From positions 1 to 64,000 of the IMG/VR virus record IMGVR_UViG_3300037054_000044: a stretch of DNA of 64,000 bases. One strand, written 5' to 3'. The stretch comes from a virus. A program made the position numbers and the translations under genes. Under the pieces are notes generated by a model, which did no database searches, was not told where the DNA came from, and was given only the letters and a program-made list of their open reading frames with translations. Shown one piece after another: positions 1 through 8,870 of the stretch; positions within the stretch are counted from its first letter, which is position 1, and each line of letters begins with the position of its first letter.

Positions 1-430
1 ATGGACCTTCTCCTAATGGAGAACTGGTACATCGGTGAGTTGTCTCCTCTGGAACTGTATGATTTCGGCGGCGGCAACGTTGTGGCCCCAGTGCCTGACG
101 TGAACACCACGAACGGTACGTACTTGACCTCGCATAAACTGTGAAAGCGACATGTGCGAGTAAAATTTCTTCTGATTGACTCGAACGCTGAGATGCCAAC
201 GAGGCGGAACCCGAAAGGGACCGTGAGAGACTAAGCGAAGAAACATCCGAAAGGATGATGCAATAGTCCGAACATTACGGGAACACAACCGTAAGAGTGC
301 AACAGAAATGACTGCACCACGCAATGCGTGTAACAAAATGATGTTTGCATACAACACTTGTTTCAATCTTGCAAACGCTGCGCCACGCGCTGGCTTATAT
401 ATCCAAAACGCAGCAGTTCCTACTATCTGA
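1..430 (+). CDS. 3' part of an intron-split gene (exons 1-135 and 341-430), probably the major capsid protein C-terminus
   Basis: Frame 1 reads MDLLLMENWYIGEL...YLTSH. Joining 135 to 341 continues in frame as MFAYNTCFNLANAAPRAGLYIQNAAVPTI*. The capsid call is inferred from the C-terminal pattern and position upstream of groES and tail genes. Confidence 0.6.
136..340 (+). ncRNA. Minimal ORF-less group I intron (205 nt)
   Basis: P1: exon CTCGCAU(135) pairs with GTGCGAG 154-160 with the U.G splice pair. P10: GACAT/ATGTT. P3: TTTCTTC/GAAGAAA. P7: GACTA 229-233/TAGTC 264-268. P8 has a GAAA tetraloop. Terminal G340. Removal restores the frame. Confidence 0.9.
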
Positions 431-506
431 TTGATTCTAAAGCACTTAGATAGTATTAGAAGTTCGATGACTTGGTGTAGAGACCTGTCATCCCTCAGTG
501 TAGTAC

Positions 507-535
507 TTGATGCTCTACACATCTTGTGCTATACT
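507..535 (+). promoter_or_regulatory. sigma70-like promoter
   Basis: TTGATG-17 nt-TATACT with extended -10 TG, upstream of the endonuclease at 628. Confidence 0.6.
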
Positions 536-551
536 GTTGTAGTTAAGACAT

Positions 552-620
552 TGCTGGATTTATAAACCAGCACTAGCGCGGCGGGTGCCTAGAACACTCG
601 CCGTGCGATCTTTCTAGGAG
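552..620 (+). promoter_or_regulatory. SD-occluding pseudoknot leader, copy 1
   Basis: Stem 576-587/595-606; loop CCTAGAA is complementary to TTCTAGG 612-618, which overlaps the SD. Confidence 0.8.
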
Positions 621-627
621 AATACAA

Positions 628-1116
628 ATGCCGTACAAGAGCCAAGAAGACCGAAGGACAAACAGCAGGAAACGCTACGCTGAAGACCCAGAGTTTCGCC
701 GCAAGACACAAGAGGCGACAGCAGCATGGGAAGCAACACTACCAACAGGTAAATGGTACACACCTGAGTATGGGCGTAGGAAGCAACTGGAACGACGCCA
801 CAAGATGACACCTGAGCAATATGACACTCAGTTGAAAGAGCAAGGTGACCACTGTGCTCTTTGCCCAGCAAGGCAGGGAGATGACAAGCGCCGTATGGCG
901 GTGGACCATGATCACGAATGCTGTGACAAAGAATTAACCTGTGGCAATTGCAACCGTGGAATACTCTGTGCAGACTGCAACCGCATGGTGGGATTCTTAG
1001 AACAAGTACTGAAAGACACCAGAGGAGAACTCAAACCTTTGTGGAATACGTGGACAGCCCGTGCAATGGACTACCTAGCGTATTGGCGTAGTTTTAGACT
1101 CGGACCAAACGCTTAG
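628..1116 (+). CDS. Endonuclease VII-like (His-Me) putative homing endonuclease
   Basis: Q..CALC...AVDHDH...RGILC..CN motifs. Confidence 0.85.
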   Translation: MPYKSQEDRRTNSRKRYAEDPEFRRKTQEATAAWEATLPTGKWYTPEYGRRKQLERRHKMTPEQYDTQLKEQGDHCALCPARQGDDKRRMAVDHDHECCDKELTCGNCNRGILCADCNRMVGFLEQVLKDTRGELKPLWNTWTARAMDYLAYWRSFRLGPNA

Positions 1117-1134
1117 ACAACTCGATTTTAACCC

Positions 1135-1172
1135 AAGGCATTGCTCTTAACTGAGCAGTGCCTTTTGTTTTT
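1135..1172 (+). terminator. Intrinsic terminator
   Basis: AAGGCATTGCTC/GAGCAGTGCCTT hairpin followed by a T-run. Confidence 0.8.
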
Positions 1173-1181
1173 ACATGATCT

Positions 1182-1268
1182 TCGTCTCGCCTAGTTTGCG
1201 CTAGAGCGAGCGATTTCCTTGGCCCCCAGCCCTTTCGCGCAAACGGACGGGGCTGTTGAGCCGGGGAG
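1182..1268 (+). ncRNA. Two hairpins with complementary (kissing) loops
   Basis: Loop TTTGCG 1195-1200 is complementary to loop CGCAAA 1238-1243. Confidence 0.55.
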
Positions 1269-1298
1269 TAACTAAACTAAGACTCAGGAGAACTCAGA

Positions 1299-1910
1299 AT
1301 GACACTCAGAGGTGGAGACCAACTCGCAGCAGGCGCTCGCACGGCCCAATTCTCAGCAGGTGGCAGTGCGGTGAACGATGCAATCGAATTGAAGAACGTA
1401 GCACCAGAAGTAGAGGAACTAGGCAGCGGAATCACGGTGATTGATCGCCGCTCGCGGTTCGACTCAGAACCAGTGAAGAAGGCAGAGCCTAAGTTTCCAG
1501 AGAAGGAATACGGAGCGTTTCAACCCATACTTGACCGTGTGCTAGTCAAACGTGTGGCAGAAGACAAGAACATGGAGCAGTTGGAAGATGGCTCTATGCG
1601 TGACAAACGCACCGGGTTCATCATACCAGCGAAGTACAGACAACATTCAAACGTGGGGGTAGTCCTAGCGGTTGGTGACTTCGTAGTCATGGGTGGAGTC
1701 AAGACTCCCCTATCGGACATCATCAAGCCAGGGGACAGGGTTCTGTTTGGAGAATACAATGCCGAGAAGCTGAAGATTCCTGATGCACAAGTCCAAGCGA
1801 TGTGCGATGCGATTGGCGTAGAGTTCGAAGCCAGCGAAGACTTGGACGTAGTTAGAGTGCAGGACATCCGTGGTGTTTACAAACCAGTGGAGGTCACCAA
1901 TTATGTCTAA
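1299..1910 (+). CDS. groES: GroES/Cpn10-like co-chaperonin with N-terminal extension
   Basis: FQPILDRVLVKR...GFIIP...GVVLAVG...IKPGDRVLFGEY...VQDIRGV. Confidence 0.8.
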   Translation: MTLRGGDQLAAGARTAQFSAGGSAVNDAIELKNVAPEVEELGSGITVIDRRSRFDSEPVKKAEPKFPEKEYGAFQPILDRVLVKRVAEDKNMEQLEDGSMRDKRTGFIIPAKYRQHSNVGVVLAVGDFVVMGGVKTPLSDIIKPGDRVLFGEYNAEKLKIPDAQVQAMCDAIGVEFEASEDLDVVRVQDIRGVYKPVEVTNYV

Positions 1911-2202
1911 CCTAATCATTGACGCAAATGATTCTCCGATCCAGCCAGCGTTCGATCCATACTGGGATAAGCCGATGTCTAGGCGTGAGGCTCATAAGTT
2001 ATTCATGAGACTAGCAGCAAATGACAACGAACTGATGGGTATGGCAGACACTGCAGCCTTATTGCTTAATTTCATCTTGGAGAAGAAGCTAGTTATCGTG
2101 GATCGCAAAGAGGTTGACGATTACGTTGAACTGAAGAAATCACAGATGGCGGCCCAGCGCGAGCAAATGAAGAAGGACTCAGATGTCCAGCCCAACGGAT
2201 AG
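1903..2202 (+). CDS. Hypothetical protein
   Basis: ORF with GGAGG RBS, overlapping its neighbours. Confidence 0.6.
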   Translation: MSNLIIDANDSPIQPAFDPYWDKPMSRREAHKLFMRLAANDNELMGMADTAALLLNFILEKKLVIVDRKEVDDYVELKKSQMAAQREQMKKDSDVQPNG

Positions 2203-2917
2203 TTACAAGCAGTATCAATGCCCCGAATGGTTCCAAGAAGAACTCACACGTATTGGCGGGACTAATCGCTATGATACTCCCAACTTTATTGTGCGTTGGG
2301 GAATGGGCGGTGAACCTGAATGCGTGTATCGCGCAGGCGGTGACTGGAGCGTTGAAGGGCAGCCTAACTATCGAGGTTATAGAGACCTTCTGATAGGAGG
2401 TGGCACACCGTCGTGGATGCTGATGCAATGGCAAGACGCCATAGCGTACGGCACACCAGAGTCCTACTACGTAGGGAACTGGGACGAGGATACTTCTTTG
2501 CAGACGTTAGGGGAATATCCGTACTCAGGAAAGTACACGCTGCTGTACAACATGTGCTGGCGTGACATGCAGAATGGCAAGATGCGTATCGAGGCAATGC
2601 CCCTGAACTCCTTTGTTCTGGACACTATAGTACCCATCATAATGCAGTCCAAGGAAATCTCCTATGAGAAAACCATGGCGGCACTGAAGGAACAAAAAGA
2701 CAAGGACGATGCAGCAGACTTGGCTATGATCGAGGACGTGATGCGAGACGCTAAGATGGCTTTCAAAGGTCCAGTGTCGTACGCACGGCAAGGGTGTCGC
2801 ACTAGCATTATCGACCGCAAGGTTGAAGCCATGACTCGGAACTGGAATAAAATGGTAACCAATGCGCGGTCCTTAGGGAGAGGGCTTAGCGCACACTCAG
2901 CAAATCCCACAGTTTAG
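2183..2917 (+). CDS. Hypothetical protein
   Basis: 244-aa ORF in the operon. Confidence 0.7.
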   Translation: MSSPTDSYKQYQCPEWFQEELTRIGGTNRYDTPNFIVRWGMGGEPECVYRAGGDWSVEGQPNYRGYRDLLIGGGTPSWMLMQWQDAIAYGTPESYYVGNWDEDTSLQTLGEYPYSGKYTLLYNMCWRDMQNGKMRIEAMPLNSFVLDTIVPIIMQSKEISYEKTMAALKEQKDKDDAADLAMIEDVMRDAKMAFKGPVSYARQGCRTSIIDRKVEAMTRNWNKMVTNARSLGRGLSAHSANPTV

Positions 2918-2961
2918 GCTCAGAAAACTCAGAACGGCGCACAGCGCCAGAAGGACTCAAA

Positions 2962-3795
2962 ATGGACGCAACATGCAGTTCACCCACAACCCGTGGCGAT
3001 CTCAGCGCGGCGATGACTAAGGCAAACAACATCGACTGGAACTTCTCAACAGCAGATTATATGTTGAGCCGACCAGCAGATTTTTTTGTGTACTTATTCA
3101 ACATTGCAAAGCTGGAATACAAAGTTTCTCGTCTGCCCATCATCAAAGAGATGACCATCCCTGCTCGTAAAGAGGGAGAGAAGTATGCTCGCGTTACCAA
3201 GTTGCCATCTCCTTTCAAAATGCCTAAGGGCAATGTAGACTCCAATGACATTGACATCGTTATCCTCGACGGACGGCGCATGGCGATGGACATTGTTAAT
3301 CCAGATAACCTATCCTTAGATCAGGATGCTGTCATCACAGGTTCTTTCTCTGTGGGACAGAACATGGGTAATCTAGGCGTGTTCTGGTCCTTGAATGAGG
3401 AACCAACCGAGGCTGAGTTGGCTGCAGCAACGCGGCGCATGGAAAAGCATTATCGCAGTCTATTGACAGATGCGCGTTCGCTAGAGACATCAAACCCACA
3501 GGCTTTGCCTGCGGTGCTTACACCAACACTGCATGCGGCAGCGGATTACTTCCACGAGACGTTCAACTGGCACAAGAAAGAAGTGCACTTGGAGAACTGC
3601 CCACGTTGCGGTTCACCAGCGCGTGTCGGAGCACCTTTCCATCCGATGGAAGGCGGCGGTCTGTGTATTGGAGATTGGGATGCAGCCATCAAGTCTGGAG
3701 TCCGCAGTCGCGCACAGGCTTACGAAGCAACAGAAGACGAGCGGTATGCACCAAAACAACCAAAGGCAACTAAAAGTTTGCCTATGGAAGAGTAA
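2962..3795 (+). CDS. Hypothetical protein with CxxC
   Basis: 277-aa ORF in the operon. Confidence 0.7.
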   Translation: MDATCSSPTTRGDLSAAMTKANNIDWNFSTADYMLSRPADFFVYLFNIAKLEYKVSRLPIIKEMTIPARKEGEKYARVTKLPSPFKMPKGNVDSNDIDIVILDGRRMAMDIVNPDNLSLDQDAVITGSFSVGQNMGNLGVFWSLNEEPTEAELAAATRRMEKHYRSLLTDARSLETSNPQALPAVLTPTLHAAADYFHETFNWHKKEVHLENCPRCGSPARVGAPFHPMEGGGLCIGDWDAAIKSGVRSRAQAYEATEDERYAPKQPKATKSLPMEE

Positions 3796-3804
3796 TGCCA
3801 AAGT

Positions 3805-4052
3805 CGCGGCCAACAGGTGGATAATAGTGTTGACCATCCCAGACCTGTCTTGGGTTAACACAGCCGCGCACATTTTAGCAACACGATCTTGGCAAACAAA
3901 AGAGCCTACCTTGCGTAGCTGTTCTGAGTCCAGTGAATTTGTGGGCTTTTAAGTTTGCCATGTAATTTCAGCACTTACGACCTTAGGGGGAAGTGTGAAC
4001 TAGTAACGCAGTGATCTGAGTCCACGGCGCAACTTTGTTCCGCTTCCCCCTA
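3805..4052 (+). ncRNA. Structured intergenic RNA: a pseudoknot domain plus two long hairpins with WUCUGAGUC loops
   Basis: Stems 3890-3909/3941-3960 and 3984-4000/4037-4052 contain G.U pairs on the plus strand; near-identical 9-nt loops at 3922-3930 and 4014-4022. Confidence 0.7.
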
Positions 4053-4090
4053 TGCTTATTTTGTACCTGCTCGGTTCATTACCAAGCAGC

Positions 4091-4134
4091 GCGGGATCGA
4101 CTCGTAATCGGTCCCGCAAATCCTTTACGAGGGG
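4091..4134 (+). promoter_or_regulatory. SD-occluding pseudoknot leader, copy 2
   Basis: Stem 4091-4100/4108-4117; loop CTCGTAA pairs with TTACGAG 4125-4131. Confidence 0.8.
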
Positions 4135-4141
4135 AACTACC

Positions 4142-4726
4142 ATGAGACGATTAGATGGAAAACCAGCAAGTTATAAATACAGAAATTTGACTGGAAATAC
4201 TTTTGGAAAACTGACCGCACTTTATACTCTTACTAGAGAGGTAGGAGAGCGTAGGTTTTGGATGTGCCGATGTGAGTGTGGAGTAGAAAAACTAATAAAA
4301 GCGCACAACCTTACCAGTGGAGAAACCAATAGTTGTGGATGTGCAAAGTTAGCATCATCCAGAGCCAATATAGGAATTGCCCACTCAAAGGCTGTGAAGG
4401 AAGGCTCTGCATTTCGTCACTTGTTAGCAATGTACAAGAACAATGCAAAGACTAGAGGTTTTATTTGGGAACTGACAGCAGAAAAGTTCAAAGAGTTGAC
4501 TTCTTCTCCATGCTATTACACAGGAACAGTTCCTAGCAGCATTGTTAAGGCACAATCGGGAGAGGTGTATACGTACAACGGGATAGACCGTTTGGACAAC
4601 ACCAAAGGTTATACCTTAGAGAACTCTGTTGCATGCTGTGGAGAAGTAAACATGATGAAGAAAGCGCTTTCTAAAGAGAACTTCATCGAGTTGTGCAGAA
4701 AGATTACAGAGAGGTTTTCAAAATGA
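4142..4726 (+). CDS. HNH-like putative homing endonuclease
   Basis: LTGNTFGKLT...WMCRCECG N-domain; PCYY...GIDRLDNTKGY..EN.V.CC..N. Confidence 0.8.
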   Translation: MRRLDGKPASYKYRNLTGNTFGKLTALYTLTREVGERRFWMCRCECGVEKLIKAHNLTSGETNSCGCAKLASSRANIGIAHSKAVKEGSAFRHLLAMYKNNAKTRGFIWELTAEKFKELTSSPCYYTGTVPSSIVKAQSGEVYTYNGIDRLDNTKGYTLENSVACCGEVNMMKKALSKENFIELCRKITERFSK

Positions 4727-5577
4727 GTTCTCCAACTATTAATTTACCACAAGCGAGTGGTTCTACGTCCCTTGCTACCATTGCAAATTTGGCACGTAGC
4801 CTTGTCAATGACACGCAAGCAGGTTTGACAAACACTCCCGGAGAAGGCCAGATACTCGTGAACAATCCCGCCGTTGCTCCGTTCATGCAGCCTTTTTTGA
4901 ATTCAGCAATTAGAAAACTATACCGAATGCTGAGAAACGTCGGTGAGCCTGTTTTGATAAAAGACAACATTATACTCACTGGACTTCCGATTATCAACAG
5001 CCCGACGCAGGGACTTGGAGCGGTGGACCCTGCTGTGCAAACTGTACTGTCAACGTCTGGGTACTTCGACGGCACGCAGTTGTGGCCCAACTTCCAACTG
5101 CCAGGGGATATGTTGTACCCCACATCCTTGTGGGAGCGCCAAACTGGAAGCAATGATGTTTTCCATAGGATGGATGCACCGTCCGGTGGCTTGCCTAGCG
5201 CTATGCAAGGTCCGTTTCTAAAACAATGGGAATGGCGCAACAACAACCTGAACTTCCGTGGAGCCACGCAGAACGTGGACATTCGCATGAGGTACTATTG
5301 TGCATTGCCACAGTTCTTCAGTCAAACATTGGATTTCGACTCTACGTATGTGCCTGTATTAGATTGTACGGACTTCTTGGCTTTTGAAGTTGCTGTTTTA
5401 TATGCGTCCATGCTTGGCTCTCCGGGCTTGGCAGCACTACAAGCATCAGTTGCTGATCACATGTTCCAACTCAAAAATGCGAACATTAGGAGAATGCAGC
5501 ACGAGGATTTTGCACGCATTCCCTTTGGAAATAGTGACGGAGATTTGAACAACGAGTTTTCGTTCCTGTCGTGGTAA
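4723..5577 (+). CDS. Probable head-tail adaptor / tail tubular protein A-like
   Basis: N-terminal 'LATIANLARSLVND...FLNSAIRKLY' pattern, size and position (inference). Confidence 0.5.
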   Translation: MSSPTINLPQASGSTSLATIANLARSLVNDTQAGLTNTPGEGQILVNNPAVAPFMQPFLNSAIRKLYRMLRNVGEPVLIKDNIILTGLPIINSPTQGLGAVDPAVQTVLSTSGYFDGTQLWPNFQLPGDMLYPTSLWERQTGSNDVFHRMDAPSGGLPSAMQGPFLKQWEWRNNNLNFRGATQNVDIRMRYYCALPQFFSQTLDFDSTYVPVLDCTDFLAFEVAVLYASMLGSPGLAALQASVADHMFQLKNANIRRMQHEDFARIPFGNSDGDLNNEFSFLSW

Positions 5578-5586
5578 AGGAGTCCC

Positions 5587-5694
5587 ATGGGTGTACCTAT
5601 GTGGGTTCGCAAATGTCCGGTCTGTGGTAAAGAGTTACGCAAGTCAAGTTTAGCCGAAGCGCTGAAATGTGCGTGTGGCTGGTTATGGGGATAG
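5587..5694 (+). CDS. Small Zn-ribbon protein (35 aa)
   Basis: AAGGAG RBS; CPVCG...CACGW; fills the intergenic gap. Confidence 0.55.
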   Translation: MGVPMWVRKCPVCGKELRKSSLAEALKCACGWLWG

Positions 5695-5697
5695 AAA

Positions 5698-6486
5698 ATG
5701 TCAAACTACTTTAGAACAGACGGGTGGGTCAAGAGTTCGTTAGGACCAGCGATCCCCGGTGCCCAAATCTTTGTATGTACGCAACCAGCGAATATAGCTT
5801 CAGTGCCGCCCTCTCCTCTGGCTATGATTTTCTCCGATCCCAACGGACTTGTGCCGATCACGCAGCCCATCATAACGGATGGCTTCGGTCACTACGACTT
5901 CTACACAACGCCTGGGGTTTATACGGTCGTTGTGGCTCTAGGTGGGATCGTACAGCAGGTGTACCCAGACCAATCCGTAGGCGGATTCGGTAGCGGTGGG
6001 TCACTTATTCTGCAAGCAAACGGAGTCTCCGTTGCAGACCAGCTACTACTGAACTTGGTAGGTGCAGGGTCCGTGTCCGTGGCGGATGCTGGAGCAGGAA
6101 CCGTTGTCATAACGGGCGCTACAACCTCTCGTGTCGCAGCCATATGCTATGTCATCGACGGGGGCGGTTCTCTGCCAAGTACAGGGTTAAAAGGACAACT
6201 CAATATACCCGTAGCCTGCACAATTACAGGTTGGGTCATAACCGCAGATGTCAGTGGTTCTGCAGTGGTGGACGTTCTGCGCTCTACCTACGCTGCGTTC
6301 CCAACTACCGTCTCTATCGCAGGTACGGACAAGCCTACATTGGTGACCGCCCAGAGCAACGAAGATTTGACATTGACAGGCTGGGGTTCCGCAGCAATCC
6401 ACGCAGGGGACCAGATTCAGTTTAATCTGATCTCGGCCACATCAGTTTCAAGGTTGAACATCACCCTAAACGTAACTATTCCGTAA
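5698..6486 (+). CDS. Tail spike/fibre adaptor with P22 head-binding-like N-domain
   Basis: GPAIPGAQIFVC...LAMIFSD...QPIITDGFGHY. Confidence 0.6.
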   Translation: MSNYFRTDGWVKSSLGPAIPGAQIFVCTQPANIASVPPSPLAMIFSDPNGLVPITQPIITDGFGHYDFYTTPGVYTVVVALGGIVQQVYPDQSVGGFGSGGSLILQANGVSVADQLLLNLVGAGSVSVADAGAGTVVITGATTSRVAAICYVIDGGGSLPSTGLKGQLNIPVACTITGWVITADVSGSAVVDVLRSTYAAFPTTVSIAGTDKPTLVTAQSNEDLTLTGWGSAAIHAGDQIQFNLISATSVSRLNITLNVTIP

Positions 6487-6502
6487 CACTAAGTGAGCAA
6501 CT

Positions 6503-7168
6503 ATGAGCTATCAAGCCCTGTCAAATTTCGGAGTTAGCGCCACGCAGGTGAGTAAAATAATCTCTCCGCAGAACCCTCATGATCTATTGGTGTTCCTGAC
6601 AAATAACTTGCTGGCAGTTGCTCCCGGTGGTTGGAGTGGTTCCGGTGGGTACTTCCAATTCGACAATTCAGGCAATGCTCTTACTTCCGTCACAACTTCT
6701 GGCAACAGTGGGTCTACAACAAACTGGGTCAATGTGTTCGCCAGTTTTACGACCAACGGTTCGCCCGTCGAAGTGCAAAATCAGGGTATTAGTAGCGGTT
6801 CCTGGAGTAGCGGCACTACGCTAAGCGCTCTGTTTAGTTCTAACGTTGCAGCAGGAGACGCTATTTTCGTCACTGTGCAAGCCACTACTGGTGGAAATGA
6901 CACAACGCCTCCAACTATAACAGATTCGAATGGAAACATCTACATCACAGTAGGAATTGCTACGTTTGATTCCATAAGCAACTTCAATTCAGGCGCTTGG
7001 TTATTCATGGCGCAAAACAATGCAACAGGCCCTGTTACGGTCCATGTAACTACCCACGCTTTTATGAGCAGCGGCAATATGCTCATGTCCGATTGGAGTG
7101 GGGTGACTGGCGTAACTGTCCCTTTCAGTGGGGTTGGAGCAGCGGTGCCTCTGCTGTTTGGGTTTTAA
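6503..7168 (+). CDS. Ser/Thr/Gly-rich putative virion protein
   Basis: Composition and context. Confidence 0.55.
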   Translation: MSYQALSNFGVSATQVSKIISPQNPHDLLVFLTNNLLAVAPGGWSGSGGYFQFDNSGNALTSVTTSGNSGSTTNWVNVFASFTTNGSPVEVQNQGISSGSWSSGTTLSALFSSNVAAGDAIFVTVQATTGGNDTTPPTITDSNGNIYITVGIATFDSISNFNSGAWLFMAQNNATGPVTVHVTTHAFMSSGNMLMSDWSGVTGVTVPFSGVGAAVPLLFGF

Positions 7169-7179
7169 GGAGACTCAGT

Positions 7180-7476
7180 ATGATGGAAAAAGTATGGTCG
7201 TGGCTTGGCCGTGCGTTTAGCGACGAGCACGGACCCAGTTCCTCACGCATCATCAGCGCGTGGCTGAGCGTATCCTCCATGGCATTGATCTGGTGGGTAG
7301 CGCGTCATGCCATGGGTGAACCCGTGGAAAAGTTACAGGTATGGGTTGGAGGTATGCCGCTAATCATAGGAGCATTGGCAACCTTTGCAGTATCCCCGTA
7401 CGGTGTCATGAAATTCACCAGTATGTTCCAGAAGGCTGGCGATAAGGTTGCCGAACACGAGGAGCATAAGGACTAG
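7180..7476 (+). CDS. Two-TM membrane protein, possible holin
   Basis: FSDEHGPSSSR followed by two hydrophobic segments and a charged C-terminus. Confidence 0.5.
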   Translation: MMEKVWSWLGRAFSDEHGPSSSRIISAWLSVSSMALIWWVARHAMGEPVEKLQVWVGGMPLIIGALATFAVSPYGVMKFTSMFQKAGDKVAEHEEHKD

Positions 7477-7478
7477 CA

Positions 7479-8870
7479 ATGAAAGTTCTAATCGCAGTAC
7501 TCAGTTGCGAGTTGTACAGGACTAACGGAAACAACCAAGCGCTCAGGGACACATGGCTTCCTAGCATAAAGGGAGCAGACTACAAAATCTTCATGGGGCA
7601 AGGCAGCACCATAACCCTGCCCGATGAAGTTTACTTAGATGTCCCTGATGACTACAGCAATGTCACCTACAAAACTCGTTCCATATACCAATGGGCTTCG
7701 GAGCATGAATACGACTTCATTTTCAAGTGCTTTTGTGACACCTATGTGTGTCCCGATAGGCTGCTAAGAAGTGGATTTGAACACTACGACTACGTAGGCA
7801 ACTTTGCGTGCAGACCGCAAGGCAGTTTTGCATACTGCACAGGGGGCGCAGGGTATTGGCTCAGCAAGAAGGCTTACAGGCCGCTGGCAACTGCTCATAT
7901 CCCTAAGGGGGACACAGTAGTAGTCATACCGCCAAACAGAAGGCCGCTAAGATCAAGAGCACCACAACGCCCTAACAACACACCAACCACCACAGCGCAA
8001 AACGTCCTAGGGTGGGCAGAGGACAGGTGGACAGGCGGGTTAGTGTATACCCATGAAGACCTAAAAATCTACCACGACACTCGCTACGAGGAGAACGTGT
8101 ATGGGACAGGCCCAACACAAAGCAACAGCACCATAAGCATACACCTGTCTCGTACAAACTACGTAGAAGGCTCACCCGCCAAGTTCGATAAGTCTTGGAT
8201 GTACGACAAGCACAACGAGTGGACACGAGGACTAACTAGCACCGTCTCAGGGTTTCACAATGAAGATATACGTGAGTTTTACGACTGGGAGCACGAGATG
8301 TTTGATTCAACAGGAAGAACAGACGGTGTGAACAAAATAGCAGTGATCACCCCTACCGTTTGCAGTAGAACCTCCTTGTTGGAAGAGTGCAAGCAGTCTG
8401 TGCTGGCGCAGACGTGGAAAGGTGAAATCTTTCACGCAATAGGAGTAGACTCCGAAAAAGAAGGAGCCGCAAAGACTCGCAACAGGATTGTTAGAGGCTT
8501 AGAGCCGTCATACGATTGGTTGGTTTTTTGTGATGACGATGACAACCTCCTGCCAGATCATATTGCCACTCTGGTCTCTGCTAGCAACGGTGCCGACGTA
8601 GTGTATTCCAACTGCCAAGAAGAAGGCTTTACCAAAACGTGGAACACTAGAGAATTCAACTACGATGCCGTAAAGGAAGCCAACTACATACCCGTGACCG
8701 TACTAATGCGGCGCAGCATGTTTGAAAAGGTGGGAGGATTCCAATCCGAACCCTACCCAGGAGAGGATCAGCACCTATGGCTCAGAGCCGCTTTAGCAGG
8801 GGCGAGGTTCGCCTACGTGCCACAAACAACGTGGACGTACCGCCAGCACCCGCAGCACAGAGAGACATAG
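7479..8870 (+). CDS. Two-domain glycosyltransferase (GT31/galactosyltransferase-like + GT2)
   Basis: ALRDTW...DDY..VTYKT...GGAGYWLS; second domain VITPT...SVLAQT...FCDDDD...EDQHLWLR. Confidence 0.8.
   Translation: MKVLIAVLSCELYRTNGNNQALRDTWLPSIKGADYKIFMGQGSTITLPDEVYLDVPDDYSNVTYKTRSIYQWASEHEYDFIFKCFCDTYVCPDRLLRSGFEHYDYVGNFACRPQGSFAYCTGGAGYWLSKKAYRPLATAHIPKGDTVVVIPPNRRPLRSRAPQRPNNTPTTTAQNVLGWAEDRWTGGLVYTHEDLKIYHDTRYEENVYGTGPTQSNSTISIHLSRTNYVEGSPAKFDKSWMYDKHNEWTRGLTSTVSGFHNEDIREFYDWEHEMFDSTGRTDGVNKIAVITPTVCSRTSLLEECKQSVLAQTWKGEIFHAIGVDSEKEGAAKTRNRIVRGLEPSYDWLVFCDDDDNLLPDHIATLVSASNGADVVYSNCQEEGFTKTWNTREFNYDAVKEANYIPVTVLMRRSMFEKVGGFQSEPYPGEDQHLWLRAALAGARFAYVPQTTWTYRQHPQHRET

Noticed and set aside
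13-522. 169-aa minus-strand ORF
   Set aside because: Antisense to the intron-split gene and its intron; no recognisable motifs.
552-620. Assigning the pseudoknot leaders to pistol ribozyme, SAM-II or preQ1 classes
   Set aside because: The conserved nucleotides and linker lengths of those classes are not evident.
3533-3952. 139-aa plus-strand ORF crossing the structured region
   Set aside because: Overlaps the 2962 gene out of frame, has no RBS, and the region is better explained by RNA stems.
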